NCBI RefSeq assembly: GCF_006345805.1
Contig: NW_021829272.1
Coordinates: 1-6,644 of the forward strand
Length of the DNA stretch: 6,644 bases
Direction of reading: 5' to 3'
DNA from: Octopus sinensis
Taxonomy: Eukaryota
Shown piece after piece: positions 6,468 through 6,644 of the stretch (position 1 is the first letter of the stretch; every line of letters begins with the position of its first letter). The position numbers and the translations under genes are program-made. The notes under the pieces are model-generated. The model was not told the DNA's origin. It was given only the letters and a program-made list of their open reading frames with translations, and did no database searches.

Positions 6468-6604
6468 TATATATATATATGTATATGTATATATATATAT
6501 AATAAAATATATATATATATATTATATATCTATATATATATATATAATATATATTATATATATTATAATCTATATATATATTATATATACTATCATACCA
6601 TATA

Positions 6605-6635
<31 letters not shown>

Positions 6636-6644
6636 CATATATAT
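6468..6644. repeat. Degenerate (TA)n microsatellite running to the window end
   Basis: Read directly from the sequence. Confidence 0.95.

Overview
AT-rich, repeat-dense eukaryotic DNA with no recognisable host gene. The repeat families resemble those of octopus (coleoid cephalopod) genomes, which is recognition from memory and not a database hit. Contents from left to right: (1) the frameshifted 3' end of an R4/Dong-type non-LTR retrotransposon (restriction-like endonuclease domain and 3' UTR) ending in (AAT)n; (2) an old SINE remnant; (3) a ~980 bp minus-strand tRNA-SINE whose body is repeated five times head-to-tail, with a hairpin at every junction; (4) a full-length CORE-type SINE inside (TAC)n; (5) a long compound tetranucleotide microsatellite; (6) a ~180 bp near-perfect foldback closed by a GAAA loop; (7) a 5'-truncated CORE-type SINE inside (TA)n; (8) a 214 bp insert with a 13 bp target-site duplication carrying a minimal type I hammerhead-like motif, probably Penelope-related; (9) a 217 bp mariner-derived MITE; (10) TA/CA microsatellites. 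The supplied ORFs are artefacts of microsatellites and repeats. The most interesting candidates are the hammerhead-bearing mini-element, the multimeric SINE and the foldback.
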